NCBI GenBank assembly: GCA_964457525.1
Contig: CAYWGS010000020.1
Span: forward strand, 1-19,401
From: an uncultured Erysipelotrichaceae bacterium
GTDB taxonomy: Bacteria > Bacillota_I > Bacilli_A > Erysipelotrichales > Erysipelotrichaceae
DNA: 19,401 nt
Direction: 5' to 3'
In this document: positions 1 through 7,971 of the stretch, one piece after another
Layout: each line of letters begins with the position of its first letter
Position numbering within the stretch: position 1 is the first letter of the stretch
Position numbers and translations under genes: made by a program
Notes under the pieces: generated by a model
The model's input: the letters and a program-made list of their open reading frames with translations, nothing else
Told to the model about the DNA's origin: nothing
The model's database searches: none

Positions 1-1312
1 CAAATTTATCATAGTATTGATCTTTATATCTAATGTTAAAGAAATCATCCTCATCTAAAGATCCATCAAACCAATATCCTATTTGAATGGACGCATTATC
101 TTTATTTAAGATTGCAGTTTCAGGATCCAACGGAATATCTGAATTGAATACTCTATTAATAAAATTAATCGCATTTTCATTTGTATAAAAGTCTGTATCT
201 CTTAATACATAATCCACTAAACTATTATAAACGATGAGATTCCCATCATTATCCGCACGATAGAACTCACCTTTAGATTCATTATAGAAGTTCATATGAG
301 CTCCAAATTCACTATCATCAGGATCCAGTGGTTGATTGACATTTAGGTTTCGATCATACTTTATATTTAAGTTAATATAACCTGCATTGCTTATTAATGC
401 TTGTCCTTCTTCATGCATTAAATATTCGTATAATTTCTCAACAAACTCTTCAGTCGATTCATCATTCTTATCATAGTAAATATAATTATAGATAACCAGT
501 GGATAACTTTCATCGAAGATTGTTTCATCATTAGGATGAACACCATTTACGTCCAGTAATATTACATCTTGATTAGGATACTGTTTTTCTGTGAAAGTAT
601 ACATATTATAACCAATGGAATACTTACCTTGATCATAGTTACCAATCACCTCAACAATACTACTCATATTAGAATAATATGTAACATCCTTCTCCATTAA
701 TTGTGTATCACCCATAAACTTAACCATTCGTATTTGTGATCCAGAATCACGATTTCTTTGGAATGCATTAATCGGCGCATCATCTCCACCTACTTGATTC
801 CAGTTTGTTATCTTACCACTATAAATATCTTTAATCTGTTCAATTGTTAAACTCTTCACTGGATTGTTTTTGTTTATTAAAAATACGAAACCTTCTCGTG
901 TGATTTCTAATTTACCTAAATCTATCCCACTATTCTTTGCTTTTTCGAGTAATTCGTCACTATAATCTACACCTAATAAAATGTCATTTTCATCGTTGAT
1001 AAATTTATTAAATGCATCAACGGTTTTATTGTGTAATACATCTTTGTATGTTGTATTAAACACATTATTCAATGCTTCATGTAAAGGTTTTGTGGATGTG
1101 GATCCATCTATCACAAATCGTTCATAATTTTCTTTTAAGTAATTCTTGAGTTCATCCAGCTTTTGTTTATCTGGATCGATTTCTATAACTTCTACTTCTT
1201 CTAAATCTTCTGGTGATTTATTGATATTATCAAAAAGAAACATCATCCCAATAACAATAAAAAGGGCTATAATACTAGCCCCTATAAGTTGTCTTCTACT
1301 TTTATTACCCAT
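1..1312 (-). CDS. Membrane-anchored PstS-like (phosphate-binding-protein fold) substrate-binding domain protein with an uncharacterised C-terminal extension. It is partial: the 3' end runs off the left edge and 437 codons are visible.
   Basis: Absent from the supplied ORF track because it has no in-window stop. Manual reverse translation from the ATG at 1312-1310 stays open to position 2. The N-terminus MGNKSRRQLIGASIIALFIVIGMMFLF is a transmembrane anchor. It is followed by VIDGSTSTKPL, TREGFVFLINKNNPVKSLTIEQIKDIYSGKITNWNQVGG and RNRDSGSQ, which are motifs typical of PstS-family binding domains. After that come at least 130 aa with no motif I recognise. A GGGGGA Shine-Dalgarno (1320-1325) lies 7 nt upstream of the ATG. 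Confidence 0.8.
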   Translation of the reverse strand, partial: MGNKSRRQLIGASIIALFIVIGMMFLFDNINKSPEDLEEVEVIEIDPDKQKLDELKNYLKENYERFVIDGSTSTKPLHEALNNVFNTTYKDVLHNKTVDAFNKFINDENDILLGVDYSDELLEKAKNSGIDLGKLEITREGFVFLINKNNPVKSLTIEQIKDIYSGKITNWNQVGGDDAPINAFQRNRDSGSQIRMVKFMGDTQLMEKDVTYYSNMSSIVEVIGNYDQGKYSIGYNMYTFTEKQYPNQDVILLDVNGVHPNDETIFDESYPLVIYNYIYYDKNDESTEEFVEKLYEYLMHEEGQALISNAGYINLNIKYDRNLNVNQPLDPDDSEFGAHMNFYNESKGEFYRADNDGNLIVYNSLVDYVLRDTDFYTNENAINFINRVFNSDIPLDPETAILNKDNASIQIGYWFDGSLDEDDFFNIRYKDQYYDKF

Positions 1313-1334
1313 TAAAAAATCCCCCGTTTAACTT

Positions 1335-1363
1335 ATTCTATCGTTTACATTCTGCTTTTTCAA
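1335..1363 (-). promoter_or_regulatory. Putative sigma-70/SigA-type promoter for the PstS-like gene
   Basis: The minus strand reads TTGAAA (1363-1358), an exact 17-nt spacer, then TAGAAT (1340-1335), about 22 nt upstream of the ATG at 1312. In AT-rich DNA such hexamers can arise by chance. Confidence 0.4.
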
Positions 1364-1405
1364 TAAATATTTATACCTATGAAACGATAAACTAATTTAA
1401 ATCGA

Positions 1406-2692
1406 TTATGATTCTTTCTTAATAGAAATAAACATTGGATATTCAGATAATTTGACTTGTCCATAACGAACATCAATCAAATTATTGGTTAAGAAATCAT
1501 GATACTCACCTTCAGGTAAATCCAATCGAATCATACCTTTTGCTTGTAAAACATTACAGATTGCGATAAATCGTTCATGTTCATTCTCATATTCAAAATG
1601 TAATATCTCAACAGGATGGTTAACGAGTTTATACCCATAATTCTGAGCCATTATTTCTCTCTTCTTTAGTTTTGATAGAGATTTAATCCAATAGACGACA
1701 TCCTTATCGATCTTAGAGAAATCCACAGGATCTTTCTCAAATAGATAATCCATATGATCCGTTAATGTTTCAACCCCAAAATGTAAGAACGCAATCCCTT
1801 TAGCCATAAACACATACGCTAACCAGTTGATAGTTTTAAGCTTATCCTGAGTATAGGCTTGAATACGTGGATTATCATGATTCTCCACATTTCTTGCCTT
1901 CACATAATCCACAGGATAGATTCTCTCTTGTCTACGATGTGCTTCGATATAATCACTAAATGATTTTTCTTTATGAAGATATCCAATAAAGTTAACTTGA
2001 TTATCGTAATCATATAGAATATCAAAATACTCATAGAGTTCCGCATCACTGAGACAGGTATGATTGTGATAACGTAAATAATCCACAAAGTTAGAGTCAA
2101 CACTCTCAGCTAAATAGATGGTGTTTGGATTTGCTTCATTTACCTTTGGAAATGCGACTTCATAGAACTCTTTTGGAATCATCGATGCGACATCAAAGCG
2201 ATATCCATCAACCCCAAGTTTTGTCCAATATAAAAGTACATCGGTTAGTTTGTTTATTAGTTCAGGATTATTAACAAATTCAAAGTCTGCGATATCCGAC
2301 CAATCACCAACTTTATTTGCTAGTTTACCTTTTTTATAGACATAGAAATGTGGATATTCTTTAACCCAAACATGATCTGGAGCTGTGTGATGGAACACAA
2401 CATCAATCATTAGTTTCATATCGAGTTCATGTGTTTCTTTAATTAGTAACTTAAAATCATCTAATGTTCCTAGATCCGGACTAATACCATAGTAATCCTT
2501 AATCGCATACGGACTCCCCATTGTTCCTTTACGGTTTAATTCACCAATGGGATGGATTGGCATTAAATAGAGAATATCTGTCCCCAGCTCTTTAATGCGT
2601 TTTAAATCCTTACGTAATGCATTGAATGTACCTTCTTCTGAATAATTACGAACGAATACTTGATAAATCATTTGGTTTCTTAATGAATTCAT
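1406..2692 (-). CDS. Cytoplasmic GH13 alpha-amylase-family enzyme (alpha-amylase or 4-alpha-glucanotransferase-like), 428 aa
   Basis: All four GH13 conserved regions are present: DVVFHHT (I), GVDGYRFDVASMIP (II, nucleophile Asp), IYLAESV (III, acid/base Glu) and NVENHDNPR (IV). There is no signal peptide. The start is ATG with the RBS agagaGGAaatt. Confidence 0.85.
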   Translation of the reverse strand: MNSLRNQMIYQVFVRNYSEEGTFNALRKDLKRIKELGTDILYLMPIHPIGELNRKGTMGSPYAIKDYYGISPDLGTLDDFKLLIKETHELDMKLMIDVVFHHTAPDHVWVKEYPHFYVYKKGKLANKVGDWSDIADFEFVNNPELINKLTDVLLYWTKLGVDGYRFDVASMIPKEFYEVAFPKVNEANPNTIYLAESVDSNFVDYLRYHNHTCLSDAELYEYFDILYDYDNQVNFIGYLHKEKSFSDYIEAHRRQERIYPVDYVKARNVENHDNPRIQAYTQDKLKTINWLAYVFMAKGIAFLHFGVETLTDHMDYLFEKDPVDFSKIDKDVVYWIKSLSKLKKREIMAQNYGYKLVNHPVEILHFEYENEHERFIAICNVLQAKGMIRLDLPEGEYHDFLTNNLIDVRYGQVKLSEYPMFISIKKES

Positions 2693-2704
2693 AATTTCCT
2701 CTCT

Positions 2705-2727
2705 AAAAAAACCCGATTACTCGGGTT
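2705..2727 (-). terminator. Rho-independent terminator-like hairpin after the ATPase gene, abutting the RBS of the GH13 gene
   Basis: The minus-strand RNA is AACCCGA-GUAA-UCGGGUU (7-bp stem, 4-nt loop) followed by a U run (A run on the plus strand, 2705-2709). The stem overlaps the TAA stop codon at 2726-2728. Confidence 0.6.
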
Positions 2728-3814
2728 AAATTGCTTTTGTTGTATCCTTGTCAAAGAAATGCAACTTAGAAACATCCATCGCTAGTTTAATCGTTTGATG
2801 AGCTCTAACATCAACACGTGATGCGACTTTAGCCAATAACTTTTGACCACCGAATTGACCATGAAGAATAAATTCATGACCAAGTAATTCAGATACTTCT
2901 ACATTAAAATCAAATGGTGTATCAGGGAATGTTTCCGCAACGATACCTTCATAGTGAATGTCTTCTGGACGAATACCTAAGACAACTTCTTTACCATCAT
3001 AGTTTTTCAATTTATCATGGAACATCTTAGGAACCATAAAGGATTTACCATCGACTTCAAAACGACCACTGACATACTTACCATGAATGAAATTCATTGC
3101 AGGAGCTCCAACGAAGTTCGCAACGAACATATTTGCTGGTGTATTATAGATTTCTTTTGGTGTTCCAATTTGTTGGATATATCCATCCTTCATAACGACG
3201 ATACGTGATGCCATGGTCATCGCTTCAGTTTGATCATGAGTTACATAGATTGTAGTCGCATTTAAACGTTCATGAAGCTTGATGATTTCAGAACGCATTT
3301 GTACACGTAATTTCGCATCTAAGTTACTGAGTGGTTCATCCATCAAGAATACTTGTGCATTACGAACAATAGCACGACCTAACGCAACACGTTGGCGTTG
3401 ACCCCCAGATAATGCTTTAGGTTTACGATCTAGATATTGTTCAATCTCAAGAATCTTAGCACTTTCATGAACACGTTTATCAATTTCATCTTTAGGAAGT
3501 TTCTTTAAACGTAAACCAAATGCCATATTTTCATAGACAGACATATGTGGATAAAGTGCATAGGATTGGAAAACCATTGCGATATCACGATCTTTAGGTG
3601 CTTTATCGTTTGCTAATGAATCATTGATGTAAAGTTCACCAGAAGAAATATCTTCAAGACCCGCAATCATACGAAGGGTCGTTGATTTCCCACAACCGGA
3701 TGGTCCTACTAAAACAATAAACTCTCTATCACTGATTTCTAAGTTAAAATCAAAAACTGCTTGTACATTATTATCATAAATCTTATTAATATTCTTTAAT
3801 TGTAGTGTTGCCAT
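2726..3814 (-). CDS. msmX: Sugar ABC transporter ATP-binding protein, MsmX/MsmK/MalK/UgpC type, 362 aa
   Basis: Contains Walker [10 protein letters not shown], the ABC signature [14 protein letters not shown], Walker [13 protein letters not shown] and the H-loop YVTHDQ. A C-terminal regulatory/TOBE-like extension is typical of CUT1 ATPases. Confidence 0.9.
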   Translation of the reverse strand: MATLQLKNINKIYDNNVQAVFDFNLEISDREFIVLVGPSGCGKSTTLRMIAGLEDISSGELYINDSLANDKAPKDRDIAMVFQSYALYPHMSVYENMAFGLRLKKLPKDEIDKRVHESAKILEIEQYLDRKPKALSGGQRQRVALGRAIVRNAQVFLMDEPLSNLDAKLRVQMRSEIIKLHERLNATTIYVTHDQTEAMTMASRIVVMKDGYIQQIGTPKEIYNTPANMFVANFVGAPAMNFIHGKYVSGRFEVDGKSFMVPKMFHDKLKNYDGKEVVLGIRPEDIHYEGIVAETFPDTPFDFNVEVSELLGHEFILHGQFGGQKLLAKVASRVDVRAHQTIKLAMDVSKLHFFDKDTTKAI

Positions 3815-3860
3815 AGTAACCTCTCTAATGTGAGTATATCACACTGAATTCTCTTTAGTA

Positions 3861-3875
3861 TGTGCACTGTGCACA
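3861..3875. promoter_or_regulatory. Perfect 15-bp palindrome TGTGCAC-T-GTGCACA, a candidate operator at the ATPase promoter
   Basis: Read directly from the sequence: tgtgcactgtgcaca, with 7-bp arms and a 1-nt centre. It sits 1 nt downstream of the minus-strand TATAAT at 3882-3877, so it spans the expected transcription start of the ATPase gene. Confidence 0.45.
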
Positions 3876-3876
3876 A

Positions 3877-3904
3877 ATTATAATACACGATCCATCAACG
3901 TAAA
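3877..3904 (-). promoter_or_regulatory. Putative promoter for the ATPase gene
   Basis: The minus strand reads TTTACG (3904-3899), a 16-nt spacer, then TATAAT (3882-3877). The -10 overlaps the stop codon of the upstream PucR-like ORF. The ATPase ATG is at 3814. Confidence 0.35.
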
Positions 3905-4441
3905 GTATTGATACAAGAATTGAGCAATATGTGCATTCTTAATATCCATATCCGTCTTATCCACAAACTTATTTAATCGATAATTAAACGTATTGCGATG
4001 TAGATATAAGAGTTCAGACGCTAGAAGTGCATTGTTTCCGGTATTAAAGTACATTTTTAATGTATCAATAATCTCAGGAGATACACCTTTAAGCTTATTA
4101 CTTAACGCTTCCATCAATGAAGTATCCTGATTCCATATGCATAAGAGTAGTAAATCACTTAAATCAACAAGTTTACCTAAGGCATATCGAGAAGCACAGT
4201 CAATTGCGACACCCATCAATTGATCATCTTTTACGCCACATACAGCACAAACATTTGAACCCAAATCCGCTTCAAACGAAGATAAACTTAGTTTGTATTG
4301 AATCCGATTACTTTCATCCACATCAATTCGATAAATATCATCCTGTATCCAAATCCCCTCTTCAGCGAATGTATTACAAAATTCTTGTACACTATGACGA
4401 TGCTTATCGTGGAGTATTTTGGTATAAATCGTACTAATCAT
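3878..4441 (-). CDS. Short PucR/CdaR-family HTH protein with a C-terminal PucR-type HTH and an unknown N-terminal domain, 187 aa from the ATG
   Basis: The C-terminus DTLKMYFNTGNNALLASELLYLHRNTFNYRLNKFVDKTDMDIKN matches the PucR C-terminal HTH pattern (L..HRNT..YRL..). The track start at 4468 is a TTG. The first ATG, at 4441, overlaps the upstream stop codon by 8 nt (ATGATTAG), which suggests translational coupling. There is no clear Shine-Dalgarno. Confidence 0.6.
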   Translation of the reverse strand: MISTIYTKILHDKHRHSVQEFCNTFAEEGIWIQDDIYRIDVDESNRIQYKLSLSSFEADLGSNVCAVCGVKDDQLMGVAIDCASRYALGKLVDLSDLLLLCIWNQDTSLMEALSNKLKGVSPEIIDTLKMYFNTGNNALLASELLYLHRNTFNYRLNKFVDKTDMDIKNAHIAQFLYQYFTLMDRVL

Positions 4442-6128
4442 GTTTAAGTTCAATAATGATAACTTCAAATGGTTTGAGTTCTAAACCAACAGAGTAATCC
4501 CTTTCGTAGTTTGTAAAGATTATCTTGCCTTCTGGTGTATCAAACTTAACGGTAAATGGTCTAAAGTTCGCAATAATTCTTACTCGCTTGTTTTCATTGT
4601 ATCGATCATAAGCAAATACATCTTCATGTTCAGCTTGTACAAGTTCGAATTGACCGAATACAAGCACATCAGAATACTCACTGAATCGACGTAAATGGAT
4701 AAGTTTTTGATATGCCTTTAAGATGGAATTTGACTCAGAGAGTTGTTTCTCAACATTAATCTCTGTATAGTTTGATATTTCTTTTTGAACAGGTTTTACC
4801 TTTGAGAAACCAGCATATGGAGCACTTGACCATTGCATTGGTGTACGTGCATTATCTCTAGATGTTCTTCTTAATTGATCCATAACATTTTCCATCGTGT
4901 CATGTTCTAAGAGTTTCTTAACATTGTTCTTAACCCAAACATCATTGAAATCATTCACATCGGTATAGTCCACATTGGTCATACCAATTTCTTCACCATT
5001 GTAGATGAATGGAGTCCCAGGTAAGGTAAGTAATACAGACCCCAACATTGAACCGGACTCTCGATGATAATGAACAGGATCCCCATATTGACTTATGACT
5101 CTAGGATGATCATGATTTAACCAATATTGTGGTAACCATCCTTTTTGGTTCATCCCTTCAATCCAATAATTAAAGATACGTTTTAAATCCTTGACCCTTG
5201 TTACATTCTTCATTTTGTTTGTTTCAGGATCTAAAACACGATTTACTTCCCAACAATGATCAAAGTTAAATGCCATATTGAATGCACGCGCATCATAAGC
5301 AGCGTAACCTAAACCTGCTTCAAGTTTAGCGCCACCACCAACTTCACCAACGGTCATACAATCGTATTGGCTGAGTACTTTATCATGGAATTCATTGATA
5401 TAAGTAAAGAGTTCTGGTCGATTAGAGAACTTACTCCAATCCGGTGCTACACCATGAATGGTTAATGGTAAAGGACTATCTTCAAAGGACAAATCACGTG
5501 CTAAGTGGGCAATCGCATCTACTCTAAATCCATCCACTCCTAAATCTAACCAGTAACGTGCTACATGATACATTTCTTCTCTTAACTTAGGATTATCCCA
5601 ATTTAAGTCTGGCATTTTGTTGGAGAAGATCTTCATGTAATATTCATTCGTTTGCTCATCATAATTCCAAGCAGAACCTTCAAAGAAACTACCCCAATTA
5701 TTCGGTGGTAATAACGTTCCATCTTGATCCACTTTACCTTTTTGCCAAATGTAATAATCACGTTTAGGATTATCCACACTTGAGCGAGATTCCATAAACC
5801 AAGCATGTTCATCGGATGTATGATTCAAAACTAAATCTAAAACAACTTTAATATCACGCTTATGTGCTTCCGCAATCAGTTGACGTGCATCATCCAATGT
5901 ACCAAACACAGGATCGACATCAAAGAAATCACTCACATCATACCCATTATCATCCATAGGTGATTTATAGAATGGACCAATCCAAATTAAATTCACACCT
6001 AATTCATGAATATAATCAAGCTTTTGAATAATCCCTTTTAAGTCCCCAATTCCATCATTATTACTATCAAAATAAGTTCTTGGATAGATCTGATACCCTA
6101 CTGCACTCATCCACCATTTACGTTTCAT
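4434..6128 (-). CDS. GH13 oligo-1,6-glucosidase-family alpha-glucosidase, cytoplasmic, 564 aa
   Basis: The N-terminus WWMSAVGYQIYPRTYFDSNNDGIGDLKGI is typical of the family. The GH13 regions are DLVLNHTS (I), GVDGFRVDAIAHL (II), MTVGEVGG (III) and LNHDHPR (IV). The RBS is GGAAAGGA. Confidence 0.85.
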   Translation of the reverse strand: MKRKWWMSAVGYQIYPRTYFDSNNDGIGDLKGIIQKLDYIHELGVNLIWIGPFYKSPMDDNGYDVSDFFDVDPVFGTLDDARQLIAEAHKRDIKVVLDLVLNHTSDEHAWFMESRSSVDNPKRDYYIWQKGKVDQDGTLLPPNNWGSFFEGSAWNYDEQTNEYYMKIFSNKMPDLNWDNPKLREEMYHVARYWLDLGVDGFRVDAIAHLARDLSFEDSPLPLTIHGVAPDWSKFSNRPELFTYINEFHDKVLSQYDCMTVGEVGGGAKLEAGLGYAAYDARAFNMAFNFDHCWEVNRVLDPETNKMKNVTRVKDLKRIFNYWIEGMNQKGWLPQYWLNHDHPRVISQYGDPVHYHRESGSMLGSVLLTLPGTPFIYNGEEIGMTNVDYTDVNDFNDVWVKNNVKKLLEHDTMENVMDQLRRTSRDNARTPMQWSSAPYAGFSKVKPVQKEISNYTEINVEKQLSESNSILKAYQKLIHLRRFSEYSDVLVFGQFELVQAEHEDVFAYDRYNENKRVRIIANFRPFTVKFDTPEGKIIFTNYERDYSVGLELKPFEVIIIELKHD

Positions 6129-6153
6129 ACATAAATCCTTTCCATCAAATAGG

Positions 6154-7971
6154 CTAATTTTTGTCTTTTACACACCAAATATATTCATATGGACTTAATT
6201 CAATGGTTTCATCATTGAGATTAAATCGTCTTCCTTGGATTAAATCAACTGCCATCGTACCATTAAACAATTGTCTTAAATGATCCGTTTTAACCCATTG
6301 TGTTTGTTCACTGAAATTGAACAAGGCAAAGAAGGTTTGTGACTTAATTTGTCGAATAATGCCCAATACACTTTGATTATTTAGATCAAGTGCATATTGA
6401 TTAGCTTGCCCTTGTAGATACGGTAATTTCTTACGAATTTCAATTAGTTTCTTTAAATTCTGATATACATCATATTCAACAGTGCCTAAAATATCTTTAT
6501 TCTTAGAACGCTTCCAGTCAAAGAAAGGTCGATGAACCCAACGTCCCTCTAATTTCTTATCCGGATCAAGTTTATAGGATTGATCATTTAAACTTGCGAT
6601 TTCATCCCCTGAATAGATAAGTGGGAATCCACGGTACGTTAAGATGACTGCATGTGCAAGATTAATTCTACGAATCGATTCATAGCGACGATATTCTTGT
6701 TTAGTATCAATTGCTTTCTCTAAACCAAGTAAACTAGCGAGTGTACCATTGGTACGTGCATCATGTGTTAATGGATTAAACTGGTACATTTCTCCTTTAG
6801 AGAAGGAACCTGGATACTCATTCCCATAGAATTTTATCAAGAACTGCTTGTGTAAGTAAGGATCTAAACCAAATGATTTAATCGCTTGTTCATTAAATCC
6901 CCATCCAATATCATCATGACAACGAACATAATTCATCCAAGTTCCACGATGTGGAATTTGGAAACGATTCGCATCAATTGTGATTAAACGTACATCTCTT
7001 GCCGCAAACGCATTGTAAATATCAACCATGAGATTCGCATTGTACATGACTTCACACTCAGGATCTGTTTCATTTCCAAAATACTTAACAATCTCTTGTG
7101 GTTCTACAATCGCTTCTCCTAAAAGAGCTAAAGATGGACAAACTTCTTCTTTGATTAGATTAAACATCTTTAATAAATCATGAATTGGATCTAAATTACG
7201 ACAGGTAGTATCAACTTGTTTCCACATAAATGGAATCGCATCTAAACGAATCATATTAATCCCTAAATTTGCTAGAAATAATAAGTTATCCGTCATTCCA
7301 TTAAATACGTATGGATTCTGAAAATTTAAATCCCATTGAAACTCACTAAATGAGGTAAATACATATTTCTTAATCTCAGGATAATACGTAAAATTTCCCG
7401 GGCATTTATCCGGTAGAACTTCAGGAACCGTTCGATTAAAACGATTCGGCATTTCATCTGTATCAAACATGATGAAATAATCTTGTTTTAATTTATCATT
7501 CTTAAGCGCTTCTTGAGCCCAAACATGTTCCTTAGCCACATGATTGATGACATAGTCGATACATACTTTTATATTGTTTTTACGAAGTTCTTTAACGAGC
7601 TTTAAGAAATCTTCCATTGATCCTAATCTAGGATCAATATTACGATAGTCTTCTACTGCATATCCTCCATCATTCTCACCCTCTCTTGGTTTTAATAATG
7701 GCATCAGATGTAGAAAAGTAATCCCTAAATCATTGAAGTAATCGATTTTCTGACTTAATTTTTTTAGATTACCCGCAAACAAATCAGTATAAAGTGTCAT
7801 CCCAACGATATCTTGACCAAAGTACCAATTTCGTTGTTTCTTGTCCATAGAGAGTAAATCTTTGGAACGTTCTGCTTTATACTTATCCATACATTCGAAT
7901 AAGTCATTTAAAGCCGGTTCGTTGTGGTAGAGCTTCATATAAAGCTCACGGATTTTAGCACGATTTGTCAT
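6154..7971 (-). CDS. ams: Amylosucrase-type GH13 subfamily 4 enzyme (sucrose-utilising alpha-glucan synthase, or the related sucrose hydrolase), 605 aa
   Basis: Collinear over nearly its full length with my recollection of Neisseria polysaccharea amylosucrase. Shared segments include LFAGNLKKL..YF..LG.T.LHLMPL, ENDGGYAVEDYRN, FTSFSEFQWDLNFQNPYVF, LFLANLGINMIRLDAIPFMWKQ (nucleophile), LLGEAIVEP (acid/base), WMNYVRCHDDIGWGF, YQFNP, PLIYSGDEIASLND and GRWVHRP. There is no signal peptide. Confidence 0.8.
   Translation of the reverse strand: MTNRAKIRELYMKLYHNEPALNDLFECMDKYKAERSKDLLSMDKKQRNWYFGQDIVGMTLYTDLFAGNLKKLSQKIDYFNDLGITFLHLMPLLKPREGENDGGYAVEDYRNIDPRLGSMEDFLKLVKELRKNNIKVCIDYVINHVAKEHVWAQEALKNDKLKQDYFIMFDTDEMPNRFNRTVPEVLPDKCPGNFTYYPEIKKYVFTSFSEFQWDLNFQNPYVFNGMTDNLLFLANLGINMIRLDAIPFMWKQVDTTCRNLDPIHDLLKMFNLIKEEVCPSLALLGEAIVEPQEIVKYFGNETDPECEVMYNANLMVDIYNAFAARDVRLITIDANRFQIPHRGTWMNYVRCHDDIGWGFNEQAIKSFGLDPYLHKQFLIKFYGNEYPGSFSKGEMYQFNPLTHDARTNGTLASLLGLEKAIDTKQEYRRYESIRRINLAHAVILTYRGFPLIYSGDEIASLNDQSYKLDPDKKLEGRWVHRPFFDWKRSKNKDILGTVEYDVYQNLKKLIEIRKKLPYLQGQANQYALDLNNQSVLGIIRQIKSQTFFALFNFSEQTQWVKTDHLRQLFNGTMAVDLIQGRRFNLNDETIELSPYEYIWCVKDKN

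Noticed and set aside
1-1312. A functional link between the PstS-like phosphate-binding-fold protein and the phosphate demand of GlgP phosphorolysis.
   Set aside because: This is pure speculation from adjacency. The gene appears to have its own promoter, and binding-domain specificity cannot be read from the motifs I can see.
1339-1389. The inverted repeat TATCGTTT...AAACGATA, considered as a terminator for the 428-aa GH13 gene.
   Set aside because: The loop would be 35 nt, the stem is only 8 bp and AT-rich, and no U tract follows. It is more likely protein-binding half-sites or chance.
3861-3875. The tandem GTGCAC hexamers, considered as restriction-modification (ApaLI-type) target sites or a methylation motif.
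   Set aside because: There is no R-M gene in the window. The position at a promoter favours an operator interpretation. The R-M idea cannot be tested from this sequence.
4117-4437. A 106-aa plus-strand ORF antisense to the PucR-like ORF, considered as an alternative coding interpretation of this interval.
   Set aside because: The minus-strand frame carries a specific PucR-type HTH motif and is coupled to the upstream gene. The plus-strand product is His/Gln/Tyr-rich with no motif, and it would run against the operon. I kept the minus-strand call, though only at moderate confidence.
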